In this document: one piece after another, positions 27,044-37,087 of the stretch
Position numbering within the stretch: the first letter of the stretch is position 1
Layout: each line of letters opens with the position of its first letter
Origin: an uncultured Bacilli bacterium
GTDB lineage: Bacteria; Bacillota_I; Bacilli_A; RF39; UBA660
Reading direction: 5' to 3'
DNA: 64,000 bases
NCBI GenBank assembly: GCA_963931305.1
Contig: OZ006994.1
Location: 134,882-198,881 of the forward strand
Program-made: the position numbers and the translations under genes
Notes under the pieces: model-generated
What the model was told of the DNA's origin: nothing
Seen by the model: the letters and a program-made list of their open reading frames with translations, nothing else
Database searches by the model: none

Positions 27044-27874
27044 ATGGCATATATGATTAATATTATAAAAGGATGTTTCATTGGAATCGGTAAAATTTTA
27101 CCTGGTGTAAGTGGAGCAATGATAGCCATGAGTTTCGGAATTTATGATCAAGCAATTCACGCATTACGTCATTATCAAAAAGATATCTTAAAAAATACGT
27201 TATTTTTAGGAAGTTTAGCACTAGGTATTATTTTCGCAATGGTATGTTGCAGTCACGTCGTATCTTTTTGTTTAGAACATTATTATTTAACAACTATGTT
27301 ATTATTTATTGGTTTAATTTTAGGAGGAATTCCTAGTATTTATCACAAAATGGAAAAAGATATTGTTCATGTTTCTTATTTACTTATCTTTTTCATATCT
27401 TTCTTGTTTGTATTTTGTTTAAGTAAATTTCAAATCACTGATATACAATTACAAATAGAATCTCCAACTATGATGTTTTTATACATGTTATTGATTGGGT
27501 TAATTGATGCTTTTACAATGGTAATACCAGGTATTAGTGGAACTGCAGTCTTTATGATTTTAGGTTTATATCCTATGTATTTAAGTTTCATTCAAAACAT
27601 AGGAAATTTTTCTTATATAATACAATCCATGGGTACTTTTTTTCCATATGGAGTTGGGTTGTTATTTGGTATAGTAGTGATGGTATGGATTATGGATTAT
27701 CTTTTAAATCAACACTATAAAATTACTTATTGTGGAATCTTAGGTTTTTCTACATCTTCTTTGTTGTATTTATTTTTAGAAACTTTATCTAGAAATTACA
27801 CAATTACTGATATTGTTGCTGGGTTAATGTGTCTTGTTGTCGGATATATTTTTGGACATAAGTTTGATGGGTAG
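27044..27874 (+). CDS. DUF368-family membrane protein (putative undecaprenyl-phosphate translocase, UptA/PopT-like)
   Basis: Two copies of the family signature G-x-S-R-S/G (LPGVSGAM and IPGISGTA). Multi-TM. GGGGTGA lies 5 nt upstream of the ATG at 27044. Confidence 0.6.
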   Translation: MAYMINIIKGCFIGIGKILPGVSGAMIAMSFGIYDQAIHALRHYQKDILKNTLFLGSLALGIIFAMVCCSHVVSFCLEHYYLTTMLLFIGLILGGIPSIYHKMEKDIVHVSYLLIFFISFLFVFCLSKFQITDIQLQIESPTMMFLYMLLIGLIDAFTMVIPGISGTAVFMILGLYPMYLSFIQNIGNFSYIIQSMGTFFPYGVGLLFGIVVMVWIMDYLLNQHYKITYCGILGFSTSSLLYLFLETLSRNYTITDIVAGLMCLVVGYIFGHKFDG

Positions 27875-27899
27875 GAATATAAATATAGTGGAGGCTATT

Positions 27900-28223
27900 A
27901 TGAATAAAAAATTACCTAAAGTATTTCAAAATAATTTAACGCATCCTGTACAAAATAATCGTGATGTTTATTATTCTAAAATGAAAGATGTCAATACGAA
28001 AGAAGAAAGCAAACATTCTATACGTGGTAATACAGTTTATGAGAAAATACAAAACATGTTTGCATCGCCTACTTATGTGTATAAAATAGATGTAGAAATT
28101 GTACTTACAAATGGAAAACGTATCGTAAGAAAAGTAATAGGTAGTCAGCAAGGCCAGTTAATTACGATAGAAAATGAATTTATACCAATTAGTCAGATAC
28201 AGGATATTTATTTTCACAAATAA
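27900..28223 (+). CDS. Hypothetical small protein
   Basis: 107 aa. GTGGAGG lies 6 nt upstream of the ATG at 27900. No motif. Confidence 0.3.
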   Translation: MNKKLPKVFQNNLTHPVQNNRDVYYSKMKDVNTKEESKHSIRGNTVYEKIQNMFASPTYVYKIDVEIVLTNGKRIVRKVIGSQQGQLITIENEFIPISQIQDIYFHK

Positions 28224-28246
28224 AAAGAACCATTTGGTTCTTTTTA
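28222..28246. terminator. Bidirectional terminator between convergent genes
   Basis: aaaaagaacca-ttt-ggttcttttt. Confidence 0.55.
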
Positions 28247-28696
28247 GATACAGACAAATGTATCATTTAAACAACGCAATGCACATACACAGTTTAAATT
28301 CATGGTAAAGAATGAATTTGTTGCTACATATGGATTTAGTGTGTCAGTTGTATCTGGATTTGGTGCTAAAACACGGAATGTTGCACAACAACCATCAATT
28401 TTTTCTACACGGAAAACATTAGAACAAGTAGTACCTACATTTTCGCAATTGATATCTTCTTTTGTGATCGGCATACTCCATGGTGTTCCATTACCACAAC
28501 AAGTGTATAAGATAACTGGTCTGGTATTACAACTTAATGGTGTTGTAACGCCACAACCTAGGAATCCTCTATCACAGGTATCTAGACAGTTATCGGCCTT
28601 ACAATTCGCATTTTGTTGTAGAATGCAGATGACTGTAAGTATTTCAGCAATACAACGACAATCATTGTTATTTGAAGCATCATTGTTATTACACAT
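28244..28696 (-). CDS. Cysteine-rich spore coat protein, CotY/CotZ family
   Basis: ~150 aa with ~25 Cys. A block FRVEKIDGCCATFRVL matches B. subtilis CotY FFRVEKLCDCCATLSIL. The start is taken at the internal ATG at 28696, preceded by AAAGGGGTGGA. Confidence 0.55.
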   Translation of the reverse strand: MCNNNDASNNNDCRCIAEILTVICILQQNANCKADNCLDTCDRGFLGCGVTTPLSCNTRPVILYTCCGNGTPWSMPITKEDINCENVGTTCSNVFRVEKIDGCCATFRVLAPNPDTTDTLNPYVATNSFFTMNLNCVCALRCLNDTFVCI

Positions 28697-28725
28697 ATTA
28701 TCCACCCCTTTATTTGTTTTCAATA

Positions 28726-28757
28726 TAACATATGCGATTATATATTTGATGTGTGAG
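28726..28757 (-). promoter_or_regulatory. Possible sigma-K-type promoter for the CotY/CotZ-like gene
   Basis: The minus-strand sequence CATATGTTA (rc of 28726-28734) fits the SigK -10 CATA---TA, with 'AC' ~17 nt upstream. It sits just 5' of the RBS and start at 28696. Confidence 0.3.
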
Positions 28758-28821
28758 TGATTTACCTAATTTTATAGAACCAAATAAAAGAAATATACAT
28801 ATAGTAAAGTGGGGGTATAAT

Positions 28822-29526
28822 ATGAAACCACTCATAGGAATTTTAGGGCGTAGCGAAGAATCTAAAACGGAGATGCCATTAATTTCTATTCAAGAAAAAG
28901 AAAGAATGGCGGTTATAAAATCTGGAGGAATTCCTATTTTAATTCTTCCTCCACAGACAGTTGAATATCGTCGCAGTATTCCTCGTGAATTACCTAAATT
29001 AACAAAAGAGGAAAAAGAGATAATAGATAAACAATTAAGAGTTGTCGACGGTATTTTGTTGCCTGGGGGTGATATTAGTTATGAATATGACCGTTATGTT
29101 GTTTCAAGAGCAATAGAAAAAGATATACCATTATTAGGAATATGTATGGGAATGCAAGTTATGACTTTTTACAATAAACAGCCCAATTTGAAAAAAATTG
29201 AAAAAGAAAGTAGTCATTTTAATCGCAGAAAAAAATATGTACATGGTACATTTATTGATACAAAATCTAAATTATATGAAATTGTAAAACAAGAAAAGAT
29301 AGAAGTAAATAGTATTCATCGTTATGAAGTGCAGAAAGATAATCAATTTAAAATTGCAGCAGTTAGTGCAGATGGTGTGATTGAAGCAATAGAATATCCA
29401 AAGTGTCGTTTTTGTCTCGGTGTTCAGTTTCATCCAGAATTAAACATTGATACAGATGTGAATAGTCAAAAAATATTAGAGGCATTTATAGAAGCAGCTT
29501 TACTTTATCATAACCAACATATATAA
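28822..29526 (+). CDS. Class-I glutamine amidotransferase-like peptidase C26 (gamma-glutamyl-GABA hydrolase family)
   Basis: GICMGMQ nucleophile elbow and a C-terminal His/Glu (QFHPE). GGGGGTAT lies upstream of the ATG at 28822. Confidence 0.6.
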   Translation: MKPLIGILGRSEESKTEMPLISIQEKERMAVIKSGGIPILILPPQTVEYRRSIPRELPKLTKEEKEIIDKQLRVVDGILLPGGDISYEYDRYVVSRAIEKDIPLLGICMGMQVMTFYNKQPNLKKIEKESSHFNRRKKYVHGTFIDTKSKLYEIVKQEKIEVNSIHRYEVQKDNQFKIAAVSADGVIEAIEYPKCRFCLGVQFHPELNIDTDVNSQKILEAFIEAALLYHNQHI

Positions 29527-29542
29527 TAAAAATGGTGGTAGT

Positions 29543-30733
29543 ATGAAACGAGCGATTGTTTTATCTGGAGGAGGAGCAAAAGGCGCTTATCAGATAGGCG
29601 TTTGGAAAGCTCTTCGAAAGTTAAAATTAGATTATTCAATTGTTACTGGTACAAGTGTTGGTGCTTTAAATGGTGCATTTTTTGTACAAAAAGATTATTT
29701 AAAGGCAGTTCATATGTGGTATCATATGAGTTTCTCACATGTTTTTGAACATATGGATGGAGATTATCACACATTAGAAGGAAAAAAGAATATCTTGTTA
29801 ACATATGCGAAAGGCATATTAAATGGAGGTATGGATATTACTCGTTTAGAAGAAACGCTAGATAAATATTTAAGTGTGAAGCGATTTTACCATTCCCCAA
29901 TTGATTTTGGTTTGATTACAGTCAATCTAAGTGATATGAAACCAGTACCAATTTGCAAAAAAGATATAAAACCACAAGAATTGAAAGATTATTTAATTGC
30001 TTCTGCATCGTGTTTTCCAGCTTTTCCAGTAAAGGAAATTCATGGTAAAAAATATGTAGACGGAGGATATTATGATAATATTCCAATTCATCTTGCACTT
30101 GATTTAGGGGCTGATGAAATTATTGCTGTTGATTTAAAAGCAATTGGGTTAAAAAAGAAAGTGAAAGATTGTTCCGTTCCGATTACTTATATTACACCAC
30201 GTTGTGATTTGGGGTCTTTTCTTGTCTTTGATAAAACTTTAGCCCGTCGTGCCATGCGTTTAGGTTATTTAGACACTATGAAAACATTTCATAAATTAGA
30301 AGGTAATTACTATACGTTTTACGCAGGAGAATTAAAAAAAATCACACATAAATATTTTGAACCATTTTATCAAGTATTGGATTCTAAACTACAAGAATAT
30401 ATAAAATCGAAATCCAGTGATTTAAATGCATTCGTTTTAGAAATGGTAGAGTTTTTGGGGAAAAGTTTTGCAATATCTGAAGAAAAAATATATACAGCGA
30501 GAAAGTTTCACCATATATTAAAGAAACAATTTAAAAAAACAAAACTATTAGATATTCGAACGTTGAAAGAAGATTTTAAGCAGAACGAATTCAATAATTA
30601 CATGGGAATGGTACTAAAACATTGGTGTCAATTAAAAGATCATCAAGAAGAAATTAATAAGAAGTTTCATTTTTTACCGATGATGAAAATTGCTGCTTTT
30701 TATTTAGAGTATATAGTAAATCATACGATATAA
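29543..30733 (+). CDS. Patatin-like phospholipase
   Basis: GGGAKGAYQIGV oxyanion motif and a GTSVGA nucleophile motif; D-G-G later (YVDGGY). Confidence 0.75.
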   Translation: MKRAIVLSGGGAKGAYQIGVWKALRKLKLDYSIVTGTSVGALNGAFFVQKDYLKAVHMWYHMSFSHVFEHMDGDYHTLEGKKNILLTYAKGILNGGMDITRLEETLDKYLSVKRFYHSPIDFGLITVNLSDMKPVPICKKDIKPQELKDYLIASASCFPAFPVKEIHGKKYVDGGYYDNIPIHLALDLGADEIIAVDLKAIGLKKKVKDCSVPITYITPRCDLGSFLVFDKTLARRAMRLGYLDTMKTFHKLEGNYYTFYAGELKKITHKYFEPFYQVLDSKLQEYIKSKSSDLNAFVLEMVEFLGKSFAISEEKIYTARKFHHILKKQFKKTKLLDIRTLKEDFKQNEFNNYMGMVLKHWCQLKDHQEEINKKFHFLPMMKIAAFYLEYIVNHTI

Positions 30734-30742
30734 TATAACACG

Positions 30743-30768
30743 GTTTTTAAAATCGTGTTTTTCTGTGA
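30743..30768 (+). terminator. Terminator after the patatin-like gene
   Basis: acacggttttt-aaaat-cgtgtttttc. Confidence 0.4.
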
Positions 30769-30786
30769 TATACTAATATTGGTGGT

Positions 30787-32247
30787 ATGATGGATTTTGG
30801 CTTAGTATTTGTTTTATCAATTTATGTAGTTAATTTAATTGCTGTTGTATTACTTTTATTTTTTGAAAAGAAGACACCAACAGTTACTTTATCGTGGTTA
30901 TTAGTACTTACTTTTATGCCATTATTGGGATTACTTTTATATTTTATGTTAGGAAGTACTTATAAATTGAAATTGATGACACGAAAATATTCTTTAGAAA
31001 AAGTAGAAGAAGAATACAATGAAGCTTTTTTAAAATTCCATCACAATGGATCTCTTCCAAAAGAATATCGATATTACGAGGATATGATTTTATTAAATGA
31101 GAAGAATTCTAGTAGTCTATTAACTTTTAAAAATGATTGTAAATTATATACAGATGCGCATCAAAAATTTGATGATTTGTTAGTAGATATAAAAAATGCG
31201 AAAAAAAGTATTCATATTGCTTATTTTATATTTAAAACAAATGATCAAATAGGGAAACAATTATTACAATTATTAACAGAAAAAGCAAAAGAAGGAGTAC
31301 AAGTAAAATTAATATATGATCGATTAGGGTGCTTAAGAACACATATCAAAGATTTTGAAATGTTAAAAGAGGCTGGTGGACAGGTACTTCCCTTTTTGCC
31401 AAGTTTATTTCGTACGTGGTTTCACTTTAATTATCGATATCACCGTAAAATTGTTGTAATTGATGGTAAGATTGCTTATACAGGTGGTATAAATGTTGGA
31501 GATGATTATTTATCAAAATATGCGCATATTCGTCCTTGGAGAGATAGTGCCATTCGTTTGGTTGGAGATAGTGTAGCAATTATGCAATTACGTTTTTTAT
31601 GTGATTGGTATTTTCTTTATAAACAAGATATCACGAATCAGCAACCTTTTTTTATAGAAGATATCTTTGACAAATCTATTACATCATCTACCGTAGAAAA
31701 TAATATGGGAATTCAAATTTTATCTAGTGGTCCTGATAGTGAAACATCATATATTAAAGAATCATATATTAAAATGATTATGAGTGCGAAAAAATATATT
31801 TATATAGAAACACCGTATTTTGTACCAGATGAAACCTTTTTAACTGTGCTTAGAATGGCATGCTTATCAGGAATTGATGTAAGGATTATGTTACCACAAA
31901 AACCGGATAAACCTTATGTATATGGTATTACTTTATCATATGCCGAAGAATTATTAAAAGTAGGGGCAAAAATATATTTGCGAGAAGGTTTTTTACATGC
32001 GAAAAGTATTGTGATTGATGATTTTGTTACGAATATAGGAAGTTGTAATATTGATATTCGTTCTTTTGCGTTAGATTATGAATTAAATGCTCTTATTTAT
32101 CAAAAAGAGTTTGCTTTAAAAAATAAAGAAGCATTTCTTGAAGATATAAAACATAGTCGAGAGCTTTGTTTACAAGATATGAAAAAACGGAGTGTTTTTA
32201 TAAGAGCAATCCAAAAGATATTACGTCTTTTTGCTCCTTTATCATAG
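30787..32247 (+). CDS. cls: Cardiolipin synthase (PLD superfamily, two HKD motifs)
   Basis: N-terminal 2 TM segments. HKD motifs HRKIVVIDG and HAKSIVIDD with the correct spacing. Confidence 0.85.
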   Translation: MMDFGLVFVLSIYVVNLIAVVLLLFFEKKTPTVTLSWLLVLTFMPLLGLLLYFMLGSTYKLKLMTRKYSLEKVEEEYNEAFLKFHHNGSLPKEYRYYEDMILLNEKNSSSLLTFKNDCKLYTDAHQKFDDLLVDIKNAKKSIHIAYFIFKTNDQIGKQLLQLLTEKAKEGVQVKLIYDRLGCLRTHIKDFEMLKEAGGQVLPFLPSLFRTWFHFNYRYHRKIVVIDGKIAYTGGINVGDDYLSKYAHIRPWRDSAIRLVGDSVAIMQLRFLCDWYFLYKQDITNQQPFFIEDIFDKSITSSTVENNMGIQILSSGPDSETSYIKESYIKMIMSAKKYIYIETPYFVPDETFLTVLRMACLSGIDVRIMLPQKPDKPYVYGITLSYAEELLKVGAKIYLREGFLHAKSIVIDDFVTNIGSCNIDIRSFALDYELNALIYQKEFALKNKEAFLEDIKHSRELCLQDMKKRSVFIRAIQKILRLFAPLS

Positions 32248-32262
32248 AAAGAAGGTTGTTGT

Positions 32263-33522
32263 ATGAAAAAGTTATTTATATCTATGGTTGGACTCTTTTT
32301 ACTTTATTTTTTGTTAAAAGGTGTTTTCTTTTTATTTCGAGGTAATACTGTATATCGTTACGAAATTATGAATGAGGGAAATGCGATTACTGTAGAAGAA
32401 AAAAGATATACTAAAACAAAGAAAACAAGTGAATATTATGATTTTAGTATCAATATAGCCAAAGAGAATTATAGATTTCGTATTTGGGCAAAAAATTTAG
32501 AAGGTCATCAACATTTTATTCAAGATATTAAGACAATTGAAACAGATAAATATCATTGCTATTTACCAATCTTTCAAGATGAAAAAATATTGACTGATAT
32601 GGTTTGTAAAGATAATCATACTGAAATATTATATCCATATCATGAAATTCGTTTAAATGATACAAAATTAGACATAGAAGTAGATAAAAAATATTTTAAG
32701 CAGTTGAAGAAATTTATGCCACAAACAGATGGTAGTAAAGAAGTGGCTCAAATGAAAATAGAAAAGTCTTTACCATCAGCAATCCAAAAGATAGGAATGA
32801 GTACTTATCGTGGACTTTCTATTGTTGATATGAATGGCCATGTAGATCAGATAACTTTATTTTCTTCAGACTGCTATGATCAACCATTACATGTATTTAT
32901 ACAAAATTATTATTTAGTTGCAGATTATGATGAATCATATGATTTTCAAACTTGGTATTTGGTAAATATGAATACTGGAAAAATAGATCAGATTACAATG
33001 CCTATTACCATTTCTTTTGATTCTTATATTCAAGGTGTTGTTGAAGACCGTGTTTATATTATGGATCGTAGTAATCGTGTTCAATATTATTTTGATTTAA
33101 ATGACCAATTGATTCATAAATGTAATAATGAAGAAGGAATGATTCAATATTATAATGGAGCTAAATTTGAAAATCGTAATATTTATGATGCTTTAAATTC
33201 TGATTTATATTTTGTTTCCAGTGATATTGTACAAAAATCAGATGATGAGATATTCATATTTGATGAAACTTCTAATTATTATTATTTATGGAAAAAGGAA
33301 GGTAATCATTATAATGTATATCGTAGTATGGATGATTCATTAGACCAGATGACATATTTATTTGAAACTACAAGTAATGATGTAATTTATTGTGAAGATG
33401 GAATTGTTTTTCAAAATGGAAATGATGTTTGGTACATTTCTGATACGGTGGGGACAAAAAAAATTCTTGAAAATAAAGAATTTGAATTTAATGATACAAT
33501 TATTTATGGAGTTGTGAAATAG
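32263..33522 (+). CDS. Hypothetical secreted/membrane-anchored protein
   Basis: N-terminal TM. 419 aa. No motif. Confidence 0.3.
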   Translation: MKKLFISMVGLFLLYFLLKGVFFLFRGNTVYRYEIMNEGNAITVEEKRYTKTKKTSEYYDFSINIAKENYRFRIWAKNLEGHQHFIQDIKTIETDKYHCYLPIFQDEKILTDMVCKDNHTEILYPYHEIRLNDTKLDIEVDKKYFKQLKKFMPQTDGSKEVAQMKIEKSLPSAIQKIGMSTYRGLSIVDMNGHVDQITLFSSDCYDQPLHVFIQNYYLVADYDESYDFQTWYLVNMNTGKIDQITMPITISFDSYIQGVVEDRVYIMDRSNRVQYYFDLNDQLIHKCNNEEGMIQYYNGAKFENRNIYDALNSDLYFVSSDIVQKSDDEIFIFDETSNYYYLWKKEGNHYNVYRSMDDSLDQMTYLFETTSNDVIYCEDGIVFQNGNDVWYISDTVGTKKILENKEFEFNDTIIYGVVK

Positions 33523-33612
33523 TCATAAATTTATGGCTATTTTTGTTTTAATAACTGACCTTAGCTCTTTTCATTTTTTGAATTATAGTATATAATTGTA
33601 GAGTAAAGGATG

Positions 33613-34038
33613 ATGAAAATGAAAAGATGGTTATGTCTGTTTTGCGTGATATTATCTATTACGTTTATTACAGCATGTTCTAAATATACGACTTATGAGG
33701 AAGTGTCTTTTGATACGGTCATTGAAATGTTGGAGAATAAACAAAGTTTTATATTGTTTATTGGTTCTAGTAATTGTTCTCATTGTGCGACATACGAACC
33801 TAAATTAAACAGTGTGATTAAAGAATACCAAGTAAAAGTATATTTTATAGATGTTAATAAATTAAGCGAAACAGAAAATTCTAAATTAAATGCGAAAATT
33901 AGTTATGGGAATGCTACTCCAATGACAGTTTTTATTAAAAAGGGGACAGAAGAGAGTTCTTATAACCGTATTCGTGGAGATCAAGATCGAGATGTGATTG
34001 TATCTATGTTTCAAAAAAATGGTTATATTAAAAAATAG
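33613..34038 (+). CDS. Thioredoxin-fold lipoprotein with CxxC (CSHC)
   Basis: Lipobox ITAC|S. The Trx-like motif is …FIGSSNCSHCATYEP…. Confidence 0.5.
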   Translation: MKMKRWLCLFCVILSITFITACSKYTTYEEVSFDTVIEMLENKQSFILFIGSSNCSHCATYEPKLNSVIKEYQVKVYFIDVNKLSETENSKLNAKISYGNATPMTVFIKKGTEESSYNRIRGDQDRDVIVSMFQKNGYIKK

Positions 34039-34049
34039 GAGGGAATCAT

Positions 34050-35180
34050 ATGGATAAAGTAGAATTGATAGATGGTTCTAAATCTACAAATGAAGTGGAT
34101 AGTATGCGTGTGGGTTCTTTAAATGAAGAAACAACGTTAAAGGCTCAGCCAGAAGTATTAGAAAATAATGTAATGACTGTGGAATCACCAGAACAATCTA
34201 TTACCCCGATTCCAACAGATACAAGCGATGAAGAAATATCATTTAGTGTTTTAGATACATATGGTGAAGATCTTACTTTAAAAAGTTATGTTACCAATCC
34301 TGCAATTGCTCGTGAAGAGGAATTAAAGCGTCTAATGATTGTTTTATTAACACCTGAAAAATCTGGATTATTAGTCGGAAAACCAGGTATTGGTAAAACA
34401 GCAATTGTTGAAGGGCTTGCTTATTTAATTCAACGTGGGAACGTACCTAATGCCTTAAAGAATTATCACATTATTAAATTAGTTTCTAGTTCTTTAGTGG
34501 GAAAAGTACAAGTGGGAAATCAAGAAGAAATGATTATGCACTTATTAGTGGAAGAATTAAAACATAAAAGTAAAATTATTTTGTTTATTGATGAGATTCA
34601 TACTTTAATTGGTAAAGGAGAGTCAATGGATTTAGCCAATATGTTAAAAGCTGGTCTAGACCGTGGTGAAATTAAAGTAGTAGGTGCAACTACAACGATT
34701 GAATATGATACATATGTTGTTCGTGACCGTGCGTTTTTAAGACGTTTTGAACGTATTGATGTTTTAGAACCGGATCGTGATACAACTGTTAAAATATTAA
34801 CAGGAACACTACCAAAGTTAGAAAAACAAACAGGTGTTAAAGTTGCATATAATGGGTATGTTGTACAAATGTTGATGGAAGCGATTGTCGATGCAACTTC
34901 AGAATTCAAACGTGTTTATGGATTATCAGCAATGTATCCGGATGTTGCTTTGTCTGTTTTAACACAAGCTTTTTCTAACGCATTATTTCAAAATAAAGAT
35001 AAAGTTACATTGGAAGATTTTTATATGGCAATTAAGACAAGTAAGCGTATATATCCTGATAGTATTGTAAAAGAATTAGCAAAGTTTAGAGAGAATTTTA
35101 AAGAATTGGCGGCAGAGGAACATATTACATTACCAGTCGTAACGATTCAAGATGTAGAAGTAAAAGAAGACGTGGAATAG
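34050..35180 (+). CDS. AAA+ ATPase homologous to the ClpA/ClpB/ClpC D1 module only (no N-domain, no D2, no ClpP-binding loop)
   Basis: Collinear with Clp D1: …LKRLMIVLLTPEKSGLLVGKPGIGKTAIVEGLAYLIQRGNVP… (Walker A), ILFIDEIHTLIGKG (Walker B / sensor-1 region) and GEIKVVGATT…RDRAFLRRFERIDVLEPD (arginine finger/sensor). The ~90-aa N-terminal region is acidic and unrelated. Confidence 0.55.
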   Translation: MDKVELIDGSKSTNEVDSMRVGSLNEETTLKAQPEVLENNVMTVESPEQSITPIPTDTSDEEISFSVLDTYGEDLTLKSYVTNPAIAREEELKRLMIVLLTPEKSGLLVGKPGIGKTAIVEGLAYLIQRGNVPNALKNYHIIKLVSSSLVGKVQVGNQEEMIMHLLVEELKHKSKIILFIDEIHTLIGKGESMDLANMLKAGLDRGEIKVVGATTTIEYDTYVVRDRAFLRRFERIDVLEPDRDTTVKILTGTLPKLEKQTGVKVAYNGYVVQMLMEAIVDATSEFKRVYGLSAMYPDVALSVLTQAFSNALFQNKDKVTLEDFYMAIKTSKRIYPDSIVKELAKFRENFKELAAEEHITLPVVTIQDVEVKEDVE

Positions 35181-35184
35181 GAGG

Positions 35185-35700
35185 ATGAGTATGAGAGAAA
35201 TTCCTAAGAAAAATTATATTATTTTCGCATTTGTTATTGTTGTTAGTATAGGTATTATTTTATATTGTATGAGATGGTATACTATGTCACAAAGTGTAGA
35301 TAAATCTAATGTAATGGATGGGATTGTGTCAGAGTTAAAAAGCGATGAATTATCTAGTTATTTATTAGATAATCCCAATGTGATTGTTTATTTAGCGCCA
35401 AGTGATAGTGATGAAAATAAAAGCTTGGAAGATGAGTTACAGAACTTAATTGTGAGTAAAAATTTAACCAATGAGTTTATTTATTTAGATAGTAGTTTGA
35501 TTACTGATAATCGTATTTATGAAGATTATGGGGAAAGATATTTATCAGAAACTTTAAAAAATCAATCCATTGATTTATCTGTTACACCGAATTTGTGGTA
35601 TTTTCACGACGGAAAGATTACGGATGTTATGAATACTGTTTCACGTAAATCTAGTATTCAAGATGTAGAATATTTTTTAGAAAAAAATGGAGTTTATTAA
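35185..35700 (+). CDS. Membrane-anchored protein, possibly a Cys-less thioredoxin-fold paralog of 33613..34038
   Basis: N-terminal TM. The pattern VIVYLAPSDSDEN…EFIYLDSS parallels FILFIGSSNCSHC…VYFIDVN in the lipoprotein two genes upstream. The similarity is weak. Confidence 0.25.
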   Translation: MSMREIPKKNYIIFAFVIVVSIGIILYCMRWYTMSQSVDKSNVMDGIVSELKSDELSSYLLDNPNVIVYLAPSDSDENKSLEDELQNLIVSKNLTNEFIYLDSSLITDNRIYEDYGERYLSETLKNQSIDLSVTPNLWYFHDGKITDVMNTVSRKSSIQDVEYFLEKNGVY

Positions 35701-36207
35701 ATGATTCATGTAGTATTGTATCAACCAGAAATTCCACAAAACACAGGAAACATTATGCGTACTTGTGTTGCTACTAATACACATTTACATTTAATAAAGC
35801 CGCTTGGATTTCGATTAGATGAGCATAGTATTAAGCGTAGTGGGGTAAATTATATTTCTAAATGTCATTATACAATATATGAAAATTATGAGGATTTTAA
35901 AAGTAAGAACCCAGGTACTTATTATTATTTAACAAGATATGGAAGAAAACCACACACATCATTTGACTACCATGATTGTAATGAAAACATATATTTTATT
36001 TTTGGTAAAGAAAGTACTGGTATTCCAAAAGAAATTCTAAAAGATGATATAGAACATTGTATGCGTATACCAATGACAGATAATGTACGTGCTTTAAATG
36101 TATCAAATACAGTAGCAATTATGGTTTATGAAGCTTTGCGTCAACAAGATTATCCCAATTTATTGAAAGAAGAGCCATTTAAAGGTGCTGATTATTTAGA
36201 AAGATAA
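35701..36207 (+). CDS. trmL: tRNA (cytidine34/U34-2'-O)-methyltransferase TrmL (SpoU/TrmH family)
   Basis: 168 aa. N-terminus MIHVVLYQPEIPQNTGNIMRTC is typical of TrmL/YibK/CspR. Confidence 0.75.
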   Translation: MIHVVLYQPEIPQNTGNIMRTCVATNTHLHLIKPLGFRLDEHSIKRSGVNYISKCHYTIYENYEDFKSKNPGTYYYLTRYGRKPHTSFDYHDCNENIYFIFGKESTGIPKEILKDDIEHCMRIPMTDNVRALNVSNTVAIMVYEALRQQDYPNLLKEEPFKGADYLER

Positions 36208-36272
36208 ATAATGCTTGTTATCAAAAGATAAATGTGATAAACTGAAAGTAGTGTAAGAATAGGAGGGGAACT

Positions 36273-37010
36273 ATGGATTTTATCATTAATAACTATATTT
36301 GGATTATTGTTATTTCTATTATTTTAGTGATGGCATTAATTGGATATTTAGCTGAAAAAACTGATTTTATCCATGAAAATAAACAAAAAAAGAAAGAATA
36401 TAAAAAAGCTGTGAAAGAAGAAAAAGAAGAAGAAGTAGTAGTAGAAAGTCCAAAAAGTGAAATTCCTGTTACTCCTTTGGTAAGCCCAGTAGCGGAAGTG
36501 AATAGTACCGCAGATAGTTTAGGGTTTGAAGATCCATTTGCTATGACCAAGGATACAGTTTCTGCAGAAAAAATTGAAGAACAGCAAGTAGAAAATGAGT
36601 CTAATACTAAAATGAATTCTGAGTCTACACCTAATGCTTTAGAAGATGAAAAGGTGGATGAATCTTTATTTGCTCCTGTAGAAAAGCCAAAATTTGGAGA
36701 ACCATTTTCTGTTCCAGAAGATTATGTGAATCATGAGGAACCAAAAGAAACTCAGAATAACGGGGATAGTCAATTAGAAACATTAGAGCCACTTGAAAAT
36801 TTAAATGATAAAGCAGACTCTACAGAAGAGGTAAAATCTGAGAATGAAAAAACAGATGTATCACCAGTAGTAGAAGAAATTAATGATAATGATATATATG
36901 GAACTTCTAATGCAACAAAAGAGATAGCTACTATTCCAGAAGAGGATCAAATTGCAGCACCAAAATTAGAAGAAGAAACTACGGATGAAATGGATGAATG
37001 GAAAATTTAA
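36273..37010 (+). CDS. Acidic membrane-anchored protein, hypothetical
   Basis: N-terminal TM, then a low-complexity E/D/P/V-rich tail. Confidence 0.3.
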   Translation: MDFIINNYIWIIVISIILVMALIGYLAEKTDFIHENKQKKKEYKKAVKEEKEEEVVVESPKSEIPVTPLVSPVAEVNSTADSLGFEDPFAMTKDTVSAEKIEEQQVENESNTKMNSESTPNALEDEKVDESLFAPVEKPKFGEPFSVPEDYVNHEEPKETQNNGDSQLETLEPLENLNDKADSTEEVKSENEKTDVSPVVEEINDNDIYGTSNATKEIATIPEEDQIAAPKLEEETTDEMDEWKI

Positions 37011-37040
37011 AGAGACTTTGTCTCTTTTTTGTTTTAAAGT
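37011..37040 (+). terminator. Rho-independent terminator
   Basis: aagagac-ttt-gtctctttttt. Confidence 0.5.
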
Positions 37041-37087
37041 GTGCCAACTTATGGTATAATTGGTTATAGTGTAGATGGAGGTAATAT

